Shown here: positions 8,990-18,238 of the stretch, one piece after another | Layout: each line of letters opens with the position of its first letter | Position numbering within the stretch: the stretch's first letter is position 1 | From: an uncultured Gammaproteobacteria bacterium | GTDB taxonomy: Bacteria; Patescibacteriota; Microgenomatia; Levybacterales; GWA1-39-11 | Length of the DNA: 64,000 nucleotides | NCBI GenBank assembly: GCA_964406795.1 | Contig: CAYOTA010000002.1 | Location: 81,549-145,548, forward strand | Direction of reading: 5' to 3' | Program-made: the position numbers and the translations under genes | The notes under the pieces: generated by a model | What the model was told of the DNA's origin: nothing | Database searches by the model: none | Seen by the model: the letters and a program-made list of their open reading frames with translations, nothing else

Positions 8990-10162
8990 ATGGAAAAGCG
9001 TTTCTACTTTTTATATGTTTCTGTTTTTTTAAGCATCATGTCTTTTGGACTGATGTTTCCTATTCTTCCACTTTTTATAAGTAAACTTAATGCAACATCG
9101 CTGGACTTAGGACTTCTTGCCGCGTCTTTTGCACTCATGCAATTTTTGTTTGCACCTCTCATAGGTAAGATGTCTGATAGATATGGACGCAAACCCATTC
9201 TTTTGTTTTCCATAACAGTTACGGCAATTGCCTGTTTCATAATGGGATCAGCAACCACACTGTTTCAACTCTATCTAGGAACTATTCTTCAAGGAATAGG
9301 TAATGCCGGCGTTTTGCCTGCAGCCCTTGCTTATGTAGCAGATGTAACTTCTGGGCATAACCGCTCTAAATTTGTTTCAAGAATAACTGGTACATTTGCG
9401 CTGGGATTTATGGTAGGACCTGCAATTGGTGGATTTTTAGGAGAAGAATCTATAGCATTCCCCTACTATGCGGCGGCATTTGTGGGACTGATTAATGCTG
9501 CGGTTATTGCAATCTTTTTACCAGAAACTCATCACAAACGGGATACAAAGTTGGCAATCAAAGAAGGGCTTATTAATATCAAACCACTATTCACTATTCT
9601 AAAAGGTGAACTGGGAATTATATTCATGGTTTTGTTTGCATGGTCGTTTTATATAGGAAATTTTAACCTGGCAACACCATTTTTTACACTGGAAAAATTC
9701 AATTTTGGCCCGCATGATATTGGCTTGTTTTTCTCAAGTGTAGGACTTGTTTCAGGAGTGTCGCAATGGTTTATACTACCCGCTATAGAACGCCGCATAG
9801 GTGATTTAAGGGTCATGTTTATGGGTCTTATATTTTTGTCAGTAGGTCTATTTTTGGTTCCATTTTCACAGTCCGTATTTATGTTTTATAGCTTTTTTGT
9901 AATTGTTGTTTTTGGAAGTTCTCTGGTCAGGCCGTCAGTTAGCTCATATTTATCTAAAAAAACGCTAGAAGGTCAGGGAGCCACAATGGGGCTTGCGACA
10001 TCTTTTGAAAGCTTAGCTAGAGTCATAAGTCCTCTTTTATTAGGGTTTATCATGACTAAAACTAATACTTCTATACCGTTTTGGGTGACTGCCGGATTTG
10101 TGTTCTTCATATTTCTCCTTTTCTGGAAAACAGAAATGAAAAATCTTAAGTTTGGCCGCTGA
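8990..10162 (+). CDS. MFS transporter (12 TM, DHA1-like)
   Basis: MFS motif A LIGKMSDRYGRKPIL between TM2 and TM3; 390 aa, 12 hydrophobic segments. Confidence 0.8.
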   Translation: MEKRFYFLYVSVFLSIMSFGLMFPILPLFISKLNATSLDLGLLAASFALMQFLFAPLIGKMSDRYGRKPILLFSITVTAIACFIMGSATTLFQLYLGTILQGIGNAGVLPAALAYVADVTSGHNRSKFVSRITGTFALGFMVGPAIGGFLGEESIAFPYYAAAFVGLINAAVIAIFLPETHHKRDTKLAIKEGLINIKPLFTILKGELGIIFMVLFAWSFYIGNFNLATPFFTLEKFNFGPHDIGLFFSSVGLVSGVSQWFILPAIERRIGDLRVMFMGLIFLSVGLFLVPFSQSVFMFYSFFVIVVFGSSLVRPSVSSYLSKKTLEGQGATMGLATSFESLARVISPLLLGFIMTKTNTSIPFWVTAGFVFFIFLLFWKTEMKNLKFGR

Positions 10163-10276
10163 CCTTGTGCATATTCCCAATCTTTTGTATAATCTAGAAT
10201 GATATCTTTGAGTGCGCCGAATTTGAGCGAGCCATAAAGCGAGCGAAAACGCGGTGCTGAAATTCAAAGAATTTCA

Positions 10277-10348
10277 GCGGGTGTAATTCAGTGGTAGAAT
10301 GTCAGATTTCCAATCTGAACGTCGTGGGTTCGAGTCCCATCGCCCGCT
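10277..10348 (+). tRNA. tRNA-Gly (anticodon TCC)
   Basis: Acceptor GCGGGTG/CGCCCGC, D-loop AGTGGTA, anticodon loop TTTCCAA, T-loop TTCGAGT, discriminator T; 72 nt. Confidence 0.8.
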
Positions 10349-10371
10349 CACCTTTTAACAAACAGTAAAAT

Positions 10372-10833
10372 ATGACACATCCGGAATTTCTGCCAGATGA
10401 CAAAATTGATTCTCGAGCGCTTGATATTGCGCAAAACGTATTAGGAATCAATCCCAGTGAAATATTTTTCATTTCAAATGATGTTACACTAGAAGAGTTA
10501 AGCGAATTTAGTTTATCAAACCACACTGTTCAGGGACACAAACAAATTAAGTCAACAGATATTCCTACAGGCGATATCCATTTATACCCTGGCCAGGCAA
10601 TAGACTCTCGAGAATATGTATGGTATCCGCCCTTTTCCAACCAAGAGATAAGATCTTTATGTGTAAGGGATAGAATAAGAAATGTAAAAAAGATAGAACA
10701 AGCATATGGAATTAAAATTAAGGAATTAAAAAATATAGATGTGTATCCAAAGCTCACTATTTCGTTCGTTGCGTCTTATGTAGATCGCGCACTGCTAAAA
10801 GAATATCAACTATTAAATAGTTCGCCCTCTTGA
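10372..10833 (+). CDS. hypothetical protein
   Basis: 153-aa ORF immediately upstream of zwf; no recognisable motif. Confidence 0.45.
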   Translation: MTHPEFLPDDKIDSRALDIAQNVLGINPSEIFFISNDVTLEELSEFSLSNHTVQGHKQIKSTDIPTGDIHLYPGQAIDSREYVWYPPFSNQEIRSLCVRDRIRNVKKIEQAYGIKIKELKNIDVYPKLTISFVASYVDRALLKEYQLLNSSPS

Positions 10834-10864
10834 AATGAAAATATATTCCCACTACAATTAGTGT

Positions 10865-12313
10865 TTGATGGACGCATTACCCCCTACATCCCCCAAAAAT
10901 ATCCCAACCGTATTTATAATCTTTGGTGCAACGGGAGATTTAATGGCTAAAAAAATTACCCCAGCACTTTTCCAACTATATATAAACAAAAAATTGCCTT
11001 CCATGTTTAAGATTATTGGCTTTTCCAGGCGTAGTTTAACACAAGATGATTTTAAAGTTCATGTACGCCAAATTTTAAAAGCAAACCGCAAAAGTGAAGA
11101 ATCACAAATAGAGTCATTTTTAAATTACTTCATGTATCACAAGGGTGAGTTTGATACGCTTGACTCATATTCTACCCTGGCTGAATATTTAGGACAGGTT
11201 GACGGAGAATGGAAAGCTTGCTCTAATAAACTTTTTTATTTGGCAGTTCCCCCTAAAAATTATAAAACGATTTTTCAACATTTAAAAAGTTCAGATCTTA
11301 CACTCCCTTGTGGTCCAGATGAAGGTTGGACTCGAGTTATTGTTGAAAAACCATTTGGAAAAAACGCTGAAACAGCACAGGAACTAGACACACTTTTGGG
11401 AAAGTTATTTAAAGAAGAACAAATTTACAGAATTGATCACTATCTCGGAAAAGATATGCTGCAGAACATTTTAACGTTTAGATTTAATAATGATTTATTT
11501 GAACGTGAATGGGACGGCCGTCATATAGAAAAAATAGAAATAAAATTTTTGGAAAGTATGGGTACTGAAGGGCGTGAAGTTTTTTATGAAGGAGTTGGGG
11601 CACTGCGGGACGTAGGCCAAAACCATATGCTCCAGATGCTCGCTTTTATTACCATGGACCAACCTGATTCTTTTACAGCAACAGACGTAAGACAGCAAAG
11701 AATGAAGGCGCTGCAAAAACTAAAACCCCTGTCAGAGGACGAAGTACTTTCAAAAACTTTTAGAGGACAGTATGTAGGATACACGGCGGGAGAAGGAGTT
11801 ACCACTTCATCTAAAACAGAAACTTACTTTAAAGTGATTGCAGAACTCACAACCGAGCGCTGGAAAGGTGTCCCCATCATTTTAGAAGCGGGAAAAAAGC
11901 TTGAGAAACGTAAAGAAGTAATTGTAACCTTTAGGCATAAGTCTTCCTGTCTGTGCACAGGTGATACTCATTACAAAAATAGACTTCTTTTTACCCTAGA
12001 ACCTAAAGAGGGAATAACTATAGAATTTTGGTCAAAAAAACCAGGACTCACTTATGCTATGGAAAAGCAAAAGTTATCATTTTTATTCAGGGATCAGCGT
12101 AAAAAAGCCCAGTATATAGAGGAGTATGAAAAACTTCTGCTTGATTGTATATTAGGAAATCAGATATCATTTATCTCAACTGAGGAAGTACAAGCAATGT
12201 GGAAATTTATTGATCCCATAGCTACTTCATGGGAAAAAAATAAAGTGAAACTTGTAAAGTACAAACCTAAGTTAAAACGAATACTTCTCGAAAGCATGAA
12301 AATTGAAGCGTAA
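10865..12313 (+). CDS. zwf: glucose-6-phosphate 1-dehydrogenase
   Basis: NADP-binding FGATGDLMAKKI; active-site signature RIDHYLGKDMLQNILTFRFNN; 482 aa. Confidence 0.9.
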   Translation: MMDALPPTSPKNIPTVFIIFGATGDLMAKKITPALFQLYINKKLPSMFKIIGFSRRSLTQDDFKVHVRQILKANRKSEESQIESFLNYFMYHKGEFDTLDSYSTLAEYLGQVDGEWKACSNKLFYLAVPPKNYKTIFQHLKSSDLTLPCGPDEGWTRVIVEKPFGKNAETAQELDTLLGKLFKEEQIYRIDHYLGKDMLQNILTFRFNNDLFEREWDGRHIEKIEIKFLESMGTEGREVFYEGVGALRDVGQNHMLQMLAFITMDQPDSFTATDVRQQRMKALQKLKPLSEDEVLSKTFRGQYVGYTAGEGVTTSSKTETYFKVIAELTTERWKGVPIILEAGKKLEKRKEVIVTFRHKSSCLCTGDTHYKNRLLFTLEPKEGITIEFWSKKPGLTYAMEKQKLSFLFRDQRKKAQYIEEYEKLLLDCILGNQISFISTEEVQAMWKFIDPIATSWEKNKVKLVKYKPKLKRILLESMKIEA

Positions 12314-12318
12314 AAAAT

Positions 12319-13245
12319 ATGAAAAAGCAAATTGGCCTCATTGGACTTGGCAAGATGGGTGCAAATGTTGCCCGCAGACTGACCACTATGGGTTGGGAAG
12401 TTATTGCTTTTAATAGGACCGCAGAAGTAACACAGACACTCGCAAAAGAAGGAATCATAGGCGCATACAGTCTAGAAGAATTGACCCAAAAACTGGAAAT
12501 GCCACGTCCTATTATAACGTTGCTTCCCACAGGAAATCCTACTGACGAAATGCTTGAAAAACTGCTTCCGCTATTATCACCAAATGACATCATTATAGAA
12601 ATGGCTAATTCTTTTTACAAAGATACACAAAAACGGGCGAAATCTGTAGAGTCACACAAAATAAAGTTCATCGATGTAGGAATATCAGGTGGGCCTGGTG
12701 GAGCCCTAACCGGTGCTTGTCTTATGGTTGGTGGAAATACTGAATTATTCACCTATCTTAAACCTTTATTTACTGACATGGCCCGTTTTGATTCCTCAGG
12801 GCAAGCTATTGCACATTTTCCAGGTGTGGGTGCGGGGCATTTTGTCAAAATGGTTCACAACGGAATTGAATACGGAATTATGCAGTCAATTGCCGAAGGA
12901 TTTGCTATCATGAAAAACTCTGAATTTAACTTAAACTTACAACAGGTAACGCAAATTTACAACAACGGAAGTGTTGTAGAATCCAGACTTATTGGCTGGC
13001 TTCAGGAATCGTTTGAAAAATATGGACAAGACTTAGAGACACTTTCAGGTGCAGTCGGTTTTAACGGAGAAGGAGAATGGACGGCAAAAGTAGGTACTGA
13101 AATGAATATTCCAACTCCAGTCATCACTGACTCAGTAAAGTTTAGAAAAGAGTCTCAAGAAAATCCCAGCTATACAGGTAAAGTATTAACCGCTATGAGA
13201 AACGCATTTGGCGGACACAGTATTGAAAAAGGTAAAATGACTTAA
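12319..13245 (+). CDS. gnd: 6-phosphogluconate dehydrogenase (decarboxylating), short NAD(P)-binding form (YqeC-like)
   Basis: Rossmann N-terminus IGLIGLGKMGANVARRL, GGPGGALTGACLMVGG, C-terminal GEGEWTAKVGTEMNIPTPVIT; 5 nt after zwf. Confidence 0.8.
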   Translation: MKKQIGLIGLGKMGANVARRLTTMGWEVIAFNRTAEVTQTLAKEGIIGAYSLEELTQKLEMPRPIITLLPTGNPTDEMLEKLLPLLSPNDIIIEMANSFYKDTQKRAKSVESHKIKFIDVGISGGPGGALTGACLMVGGNTELFTYLKPLFTDMARFDSSGQAIAHFPGVGAGHFVKMVHNGIEYGIMQSIAEGFAIMKNSEFNLNLQQVTQIYNNGSVVESRLIGWLQESFEKYGQDLETLSGAVGFNGEGEWTAKVGTEMNIPTPVITDSVKFRKESQENPSYTGKVLTAMRNAFGGHSIEKGKMT

Positions 13246-13775
13246 GCCAAAAAGAGTGTGGGAAGCCAGGACAAAACTTCCTGATCCCACGGCTTGTGAA
13301 CCCAATCTACTCCACCTGGATCAATCAAAATATTTTTTAATGCGTCAGTATCTAGCCATTTGAGTTCATCTATCTCATCTTTTTCGAAAGCAAAATTTTC
13401 AATATCTCTATCTAAAATTAGCCCAAATACATGTTGGAATTCACTATGCTCATCTTTATTTTTGAAAACTTTATAAAGTATAAGATCTTGTTGGGGGATT
13501 TTTAAGCCTAATTCTTCTTTTGTTTCTTGAACTGCACTCTGCACATAACTTTGTCCAACCGGCACATGTCCTCCAAAAAAAGCCTCCCATAACCCTGCCT
13601 TTACATCTTTTTTTATGGAACGCTTTTGGCATAAGATCTGCTTGTGACTGTTTATAATCCAGATTCCTGTAGTCCTATGCCACATTCCATTTTCATGAGC
13701 AAATTGTCTTGGCAAGGGGTCAAGTGGGTTATTATGTTCGTCAACTACAAATATCAATTCCTGAGGTTGTATCAT
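13242..13775 (-). CDS. NUDIX hydrolase
   Basis: Nudix box GGHVPVGQSYVQSAVQETKEELGL (Gx5Ex7REUxEExGU). Confidence 0.8.
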   Translation of the reverse strand: MIQPQELIFVVDEHNNPLDPLPRQFAHENGMWHRTTGIWIINSHKQILCQKRSIKKDVKAGLWEAFFGGHVPVGQSYVQSAVQETKEELGLKIPQQDLILYKVFKNKDEHSEFQHVFGLILDRDIENFAFEKDEIDELKWLDTDALKNILIDPGGVDWVHKPWDQEVLSWLPTLFLA

Positions 13776-13815
13776 AGGTTCACTATACCATAAATTAAAC
13801 AGCGGCTAAACAAAT

Positions 13816-14016
13816 TTATCTGCGCATAAAGAAGTTTAAAACAAGCGTTAGCACTATACTTAAAACTATAGAAGTAACTATGGGAAAACTAAATGAGAAT
13901 CCTTCCCGCTTTATATTTATATCTCCGGGAAGTCTGAAAAGTGGGAACACAAAAGATAAAAGTCCCACAATAACAAGAACGACGCCTAACAGTAATATGA
14001 TTTTTCCTATGTCCAT
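13816..14016 (-). CDS. small membrane protein, DUF2905-like
   Basis: 66 aa, two TM helices flanking an LPGDI motif typical of DUF2905. Confidence 0.5.
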   Translation of the reverse strand: MDIGKIILLLGVVLVIVGLLSFVFPLFRLPGDINIKREGFSFSFPIVTSIVLSIVLTLVLNFFMRR

Positions 14017-14233
14017 AGAGTTACTATACCAGGGTATTATTAAAATTCAGTAAGAAGTAATTACAATAGCTCTAATTAATTTTCAAGGAGTCTCCCTTTT
14101 GAAGCTGTTAAGGAGTCTCCTTGTCGATCAATCCTAACCTAGATGGTATTTCAAGAAAACTAGGTTCTGTGGGGGCAATAGGTGCAAGAAACAAGGAAAT
14201 ACATAAGCAACTTCTTGAAATGTTTTTGAGTAG

Positions 14234-14782
14234 TTAAGAAGCATCCAGCAACACCCAGTTATTAGAAACTGTAGGATCAGAACACAAATTTCTGTTAAAG
14301 CAGCAAGGACGCCGCATTCCTTTATTTAATTTATCTATCATAACCTCCACATGTTTTTTTCTTGTATCATCAGTTTTAACAGCCCGTATCCATCTTACCC
14401 AATCCCATCTGGCCATAGGAGTAATATCGTTCCACAATTCTTGTATTTTTTTTCTTGATTCCAAGGCTCGCTTCATGTCGGTCGGCACTTCAGGGTTTAT
14501 CCACTCCTTAGTTACTTCAAGCGAAACCTGTACAGTGTCTCCTGCCTTAGCACCCGCTTCTTGGAGTAATGTAGTATCTGGTGAAAACCAGTGACTAGGA
14601 GTGAGTCCAGGTCCATATTTACCGTCTGGTTCAAGAACAGCTTTAAACTGAATATTATTTATATGACCTGACACCATTACCATGCCGCGGGAAGGAAGTT
14701 TGGCTGACGCATCATCAGGAAGTCTTAAAATAACCCTGTCATGAATTTTATAAAGCTGTATTTCAAAATGAATCATTGCCAT
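14234..14782 (-). CDS. DUF1905 / YdeI-OmpD-associated family protein
   Basis: N-terminal DUF1905-like beta domain (VSGHINNIQFKAVLEP...G), C-terminal YdeI-like helical region. Confidence 0.5.
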   Translation of the reverse strand: MAMIHFEIQLYKIHDRVILRLPDDASAKLPSRGMVMVSGHINNIQFKAVLEPDGKYGPGLTPSHWFSPDTTLLQEAGAKAGDTVQVSLEVTKEWINPEVPTDMKRALESRKKIQELWNDITPMARWDWVRWIRAVKTDDTRKKHVEVMIDKLNKGMRRPCCFNRNLCSDPTVSNNWVLLDAS

Positions 14783-14930
14783 AAAGACATTATACCAAAG
14801 TTTATAAAAGGGAAAAATTTGGGATCAGTTACGAAATGATTTTAGAACTTATTATAGTAAGCTATCATTTGAAAAATTTGATTTTTATAAAATATTTTTT
14901 GTAGATTTCCATTTTTGATATACTATCCTC

Positions 14931-15479
14931 ATGAATGAGGTCAAACTAAATGTAGGAGATATAGAGCTAAAAACATTTTCTTTAGAAGAAACGAATACTT
15001 TATATCAATTAATTGATAAAAATAGAGCTCAGATTGGTGAGTGGCTTCTCTGGGTTGATAAAACAAATTCTGTAGAAGATGTTGATAAATTGATAGAGGA
15101 GTATAACCAGAGAAGTGAAAAAGGTGAAGGAATAAGTTTCGGTACTTGGTATCAAACTAAGTTGATAGACTATATTAGCTATGCGTATATTAATACAGAA
15201 AGCAAAAAGGCAAATATTGCTTATTGGCTGGATAGTGATTTCCAAGGAAAGGGTATAATTACTAAATCCTGTGAGACCCTCATTGAGTATGGATTTAACG
15301 AATTAAATCTCAATAGAATTGAGATAAGTTGCGCAGAAGGTAATAGCAAAAGCAAAGCTATACCTGAACGATTAGGTTTTACAAAGGAGGGAGTATTCAG
15401 AGAGTCCGAATTAATAAGAGGTGGAAAGCTTGCAGATAATCACTTTTATGCCTTGCTAAAGAAAGATTGGAAGAATTAG
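14931..15479 (+). CDS. GNAT N-acetyltransferase (RimJ/RimL-like)
   Basis: GNAT motif A region IEISCAEGNSKSKAIPERLGFTKEG; 182 aa. Confidence 0.75.
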   Translation: MNEVKLNVGDIELKTFSLEETNTLYQLIDKNRAQIGEWLLWVDKTNSVEDVDKLIEEYNQRSEKGEGISFGTWYQTKLIDYISYAYINTESKKANIAYWLDSDFQGKGIITKSCETLIEYGFNELNLNRIEISCAEGNSKSKAIPERLGFTKEGVFRESELIRGGKLADNHFYALLKKDWKN

Positions 15480-15512
15480 AGTCTTCTAATACAACTTGAA
15501 GCTGGGAATTTG

Positions 15513-15585
15513 GGTGGAAGACGGGGTTCGAACCCGCGACTTCTTGCTCCACAAGCAAGCGCTCTACCACTGAGCTACATCCACC
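15513..15585 (-). tRNA. tRNA-His (anticodon GTG) with genome-encoded G-1
   Basis: Minus-strand fold: G-1 + GTGGATG acceptor pairing with CTTCCAC (one U-U mismatch), discriminator C73 opposite G-1, D-arm GCTC-AGTGGTA-GAGC, anticodon loop TTGTGGA; 73 nt. Confidence 0.75.
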
Positions 15586-15712
15586 ATATACTTCTTGGAT
15601 GCAAGCTTTGCTTACATCCACCATGTCACCTCAAGTACACGTTTTAAGCATACGAGAAATGATGTATATATTGTACTAATTTTAAGCCTGAAAGTAAAAC
15701 TGCAGAGGAGAA

Positions 15713-16987
15713 CTACTTAACTTTGAATTTAATGAAAGTGCAGTTATTTTCTGTTATCTCCATTGGGTTAAATGTCTGGAGCTGCAGAGATTTTTCAGAT
15801 GCAATCCTGGAAGCTCTGAACGGCAGTGAATAGATTCTATAAGCCAGATCTTTTACAAAACTTGTTACATCACCTAGAAATGTGCTTTGTGATGTGGATT
15901 CTCCCAAAACAGCATATGCACCTCCCATAGCTGTTGCTTTTGGCTTACATCTATTTACCGCTTGGATTCTATATTCCACACCTTTTTTAACATTACTTGG
16001 CATGTTGTAATTCCATTTACCTTCGTAATTAACCAGTGTTGGGGAAGCATTAGTAACTGTCACCGGAAGCGGCGCAGTTTCAGTCAATCTTGTATTTCCT
16101 TCAAACAATCTATACACAAAACCTGTTAATACTGCCTTTGATGTATTAGTTCCCGTCACTTTTCCTTTCGCGGTTACTGTAAACGGTCTACCAGACGCAA
16201 GTGCCGTTACGCTGATACTATCGCACTCACACATAGCGTTATTAAAGTCTGGTGTAGGAGTAGGTGGACGAGGTGTAACTGATGCGGTAGGACGCGGTGT
16301 ATTAGATGGCGCCGGTGTGTTAGTAGGTCTAGGCGTACTAGTTGGACCAGGTGTGTTTGTAGGAGCCGGTGTACGGGTAGGTATTGGTGTACCGGTTGGA
16401 CCGGGCGTGAATGGAGGCTGAGTCGGCACTATGCATTGCCCACAATCCCCTGGGCAACTGGAACATGTTTCATCTGGCTCACATGTATTGTTGGGACATG
16501 TTTGAGGTGGTTGGGTAGGTGGTGGCGGACTTGTAGGCACATTTGGAGGTGTTGTGGGAGCTTTAGTTGGCGGCCAGGTTGGTGGTGCTGTAGGAGGTTT
16601 AGTAGCAGGTGGTGGACAAAAATTTGGACCCTGGCATGCCACAGAGTTTGTTGGAAACTCTCCTGTTTTTACACAGTTGCAATCATTATCATATTGCCAA
16701 TCAGATGTGACACCACACGAAACACACTGATACTTGCAGTAGCTACCAGGTGTATTTCCATATCCTACATCAGGACATGTTTTTGGGCCACACGATCCGC
16801 ATTCTGTGCAAATCGGAGTATTATTTGTACAAATTGCAAGGTTTGGAGGACCCCAATTAGTACAACATGCTTTATCAGGATTACCGGGATACTTATCGGT
16901 ACATACTGAGTCTACAGCATAGGCTTTATCTCCCGAGATAAACAACAGTAAGGTAAAAACAAACACAAATAATAATTTTTTAAACAT
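15713..16987 (-). CDS. secreted cysteine-rich protein with Pro/Thr-rich linker
   Basis: Signal peptide MFKKLLFVFVFTLLLFISGDKAYA, ~20 Cys in first 180 aa, PT(x)PPT low-complexity linker, ~170-aa C-terminal domain. Confidence 0.6.
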   Translation of the reverse strand: MFKKLLFVFVFTLLLFISGDKAYAVDSVCTDKYPGNPDKACCTNWGPPNLAICTNNTPICTECGSCGPKTCPDVGYGNTPGSYCKYQCVSCGVTSDWQYDNDCNCVKTGEFPTNSVACQGPNFCPPPATKPPTAPPTWPPTKAPTTPPNVPTSPPPPTQPPQTCPNNTCEPDETCSSCPGDCGQCIVPTQPPFTPGPTGTPIPTRTPAPTNTPGPTSTPRPTNTPAPSNTPRPTASVTPRPPTPTPDFNNAMCECDSISVTALASGRPFTVTAKGKVTGTNTSKAVLTGFVYRLFEGNTRLTETAPLPVTVTNASPTLVNYEGKWNYNMPSNVKKGVEYRIQAVNRCKPKATAMGGAYAVLGESTSQSTFLGDVTSFVKDLAYRIYSLPFRASRIASEKSLQLQTFNPMEITENNCTFIKFKVK

Positions 16988-16998
16988 ACTAATCCTAG

Positions 16999-18234
16999 TT
17001 ATTTTCTTGGATAAAATAAATACTCTAAGTAAGCAAAATATGCAGTATCAGTCATGTCTACTATCTTTTCAATGCCCTCTGGGACACTTTTTGTTTTTTT
17101 TGCTGCGGTTACACCGTTCTCACCCCACACAAGTTTGTTTTCTGCACTGTCATAATAATTTTGCTCCAAGTAACGCATGACTCGTTCACCCTTTTCAAAC
17201 GCGATCGGATCGTTTGATATTTTATATATCAAATAATACGTTTCAGCGCAAGGCTCAACGCTTACCGAAAAAGGTACATTTAAATACAAACTTTGTATTT
17301 CAGAATCAGTGTCAATGAGCCGTGCCTCATCTAAATAGTTGGGATCTTTGGTTGCCATTGCCATTTCGGCGGCGGCCAGTGTATACCAGCAAGCTTGGCT
17401 TTTTTCATTTGCTTGTGTTAAGTCATCTTCCCCCATTGTGTCGGTCGCATTGAGTGCTTGCTTTACTTCATTAAATGCTTTTGTAGCAGCAGTTAAATAC
17501 TGTTGGTTTTTTGTAATTTGATAAAAAAGTGCTAATTCACGTGCCCGAATACTTTGGATCATAACACTTCCCTTAAAATCAGTTGCAACTAAATTTGCAC
17601 CAATACTATTTATAAAGCTTAAAATTTCTGGTGACTGCGTTCCCATGTAAATAATAGAGGGCTGTGCTAAAACCCATAAGCAGTCATTTTTGCGGGGCTC
17701 ACAATATGACATGAGACTTTCTACATCCTTATTCATAAGCTCAAAATATTTGTCATCTTTTGTTACATCGTAGGCTGCAAAATATCCTAATGCTGACCAG
17801 CTATTATTGATTGGAAGCACGTTATCTGACCCATTTGGACAATTAGTTACTTTATCTCCTCCACATACTTCATTAAAGTGAGCAATATAATTATTGTATC
17901 CTTCAGGTGTTTTTTGAGTCGTTATGTAGTCCGCCACTGCTTTAATTATTCCAAGTCTTTCTTTTCTTAAAGAATCTTGTGCATCCTCTATAGTTTTAAA
18001 TTTTGGAGAAGAGGGTCTACCTGGAAGCTCTTTAACTCCTGATTGAGGTTTATTCATGGTAAGGATGACTGTTATGAGGGCGCCAATCAAGAGCATTGCA
18101 ACTACAATCACAATATGGACTTTTTTCCTTTTTAAAAAGTCTTTAAAGCCACCTGATGCAGGTGGGGTTACCGGCTCAGAAACCATAGGTTGAGCGGGTG
18201 TCACTGGTTGTGTGTTTTGTGTTACAGGATCCAT
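16999..18234 (-). CDS. membrane-anchored extracytoplasmic protein (unknown function)
   Basis: N-terminal Pro-rich segment, single TM (IVIVVAMLLIGALITVILTM), ~330-aa helical-repeat domain; 12 nt after the upstream gene. Confidence 0.55.
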   Translation of the reverse strand: MDPVTQNTQPVTPAQPMVSEPVTPPASGGFKDFLKRKKVHIVIVVAMLLIGALITVILTMNKPQSGVKELPGRPSSPKFKTIEDAQDSLRKERLGIIKAVADYITTQKTPEGYNNYIAHFNEVCGGDKVTNCPNGSDNVLPINNSWSALGYFAAYDVTKDDKYFELMNKDVESLMSYCEPRKNDCLWVLAQPSIIYMGTQSPEILSFINSIGANLVATDFKGSVMIQSIRARELALFYQITKNQQYLTAATKAFNEVKQALNATDTMGEDDLTQANEKSQACWYTLAAAEMAMATKDPNYLDEARLIDTDSEIQSLYLNVPFSVSVEPCAETYYLIYKISNDPIAFEKGERVMRYLEQNYYDSAENKLVWGENGVTAAKKTKSVPEGIEKIVDMTDTAYFAYLEYLFYPRK

Positions 18235-18238
18235 GATA

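Noticed and set aside
10302-10526. ORFs overlapping tRNA genes (10302-10526, 15397-15624, 18998-19186, 57726-57920, and the N-terminal extension of 62943-63851 to 63851)
   Set aside because: Each overlaps a well-folded tRNA gene and has no protein-like features. The dinD-like ORF was trimmed to ATG 63770.
16150-16650. Possible CRISPR-like or tandem-repeat array in the PT-rich region
   Set aside because: The periodicity is imperfect and codon-based (P-T-x-P-x-T), with no conserved direct repeats separated by unique spacers. It is protein low-complexity rather than a CRISPR array, and no cas genes are in the window.
16436-16909. 157-aa Cys/Trp/Arg-rich + strand ORF
   Set aside because: Antisense of the Pro/Thr/Cys-rich region of the 424-aa secreted protein gene. 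It is the reverse-frame artefact expected from low-complexity coding sequence.
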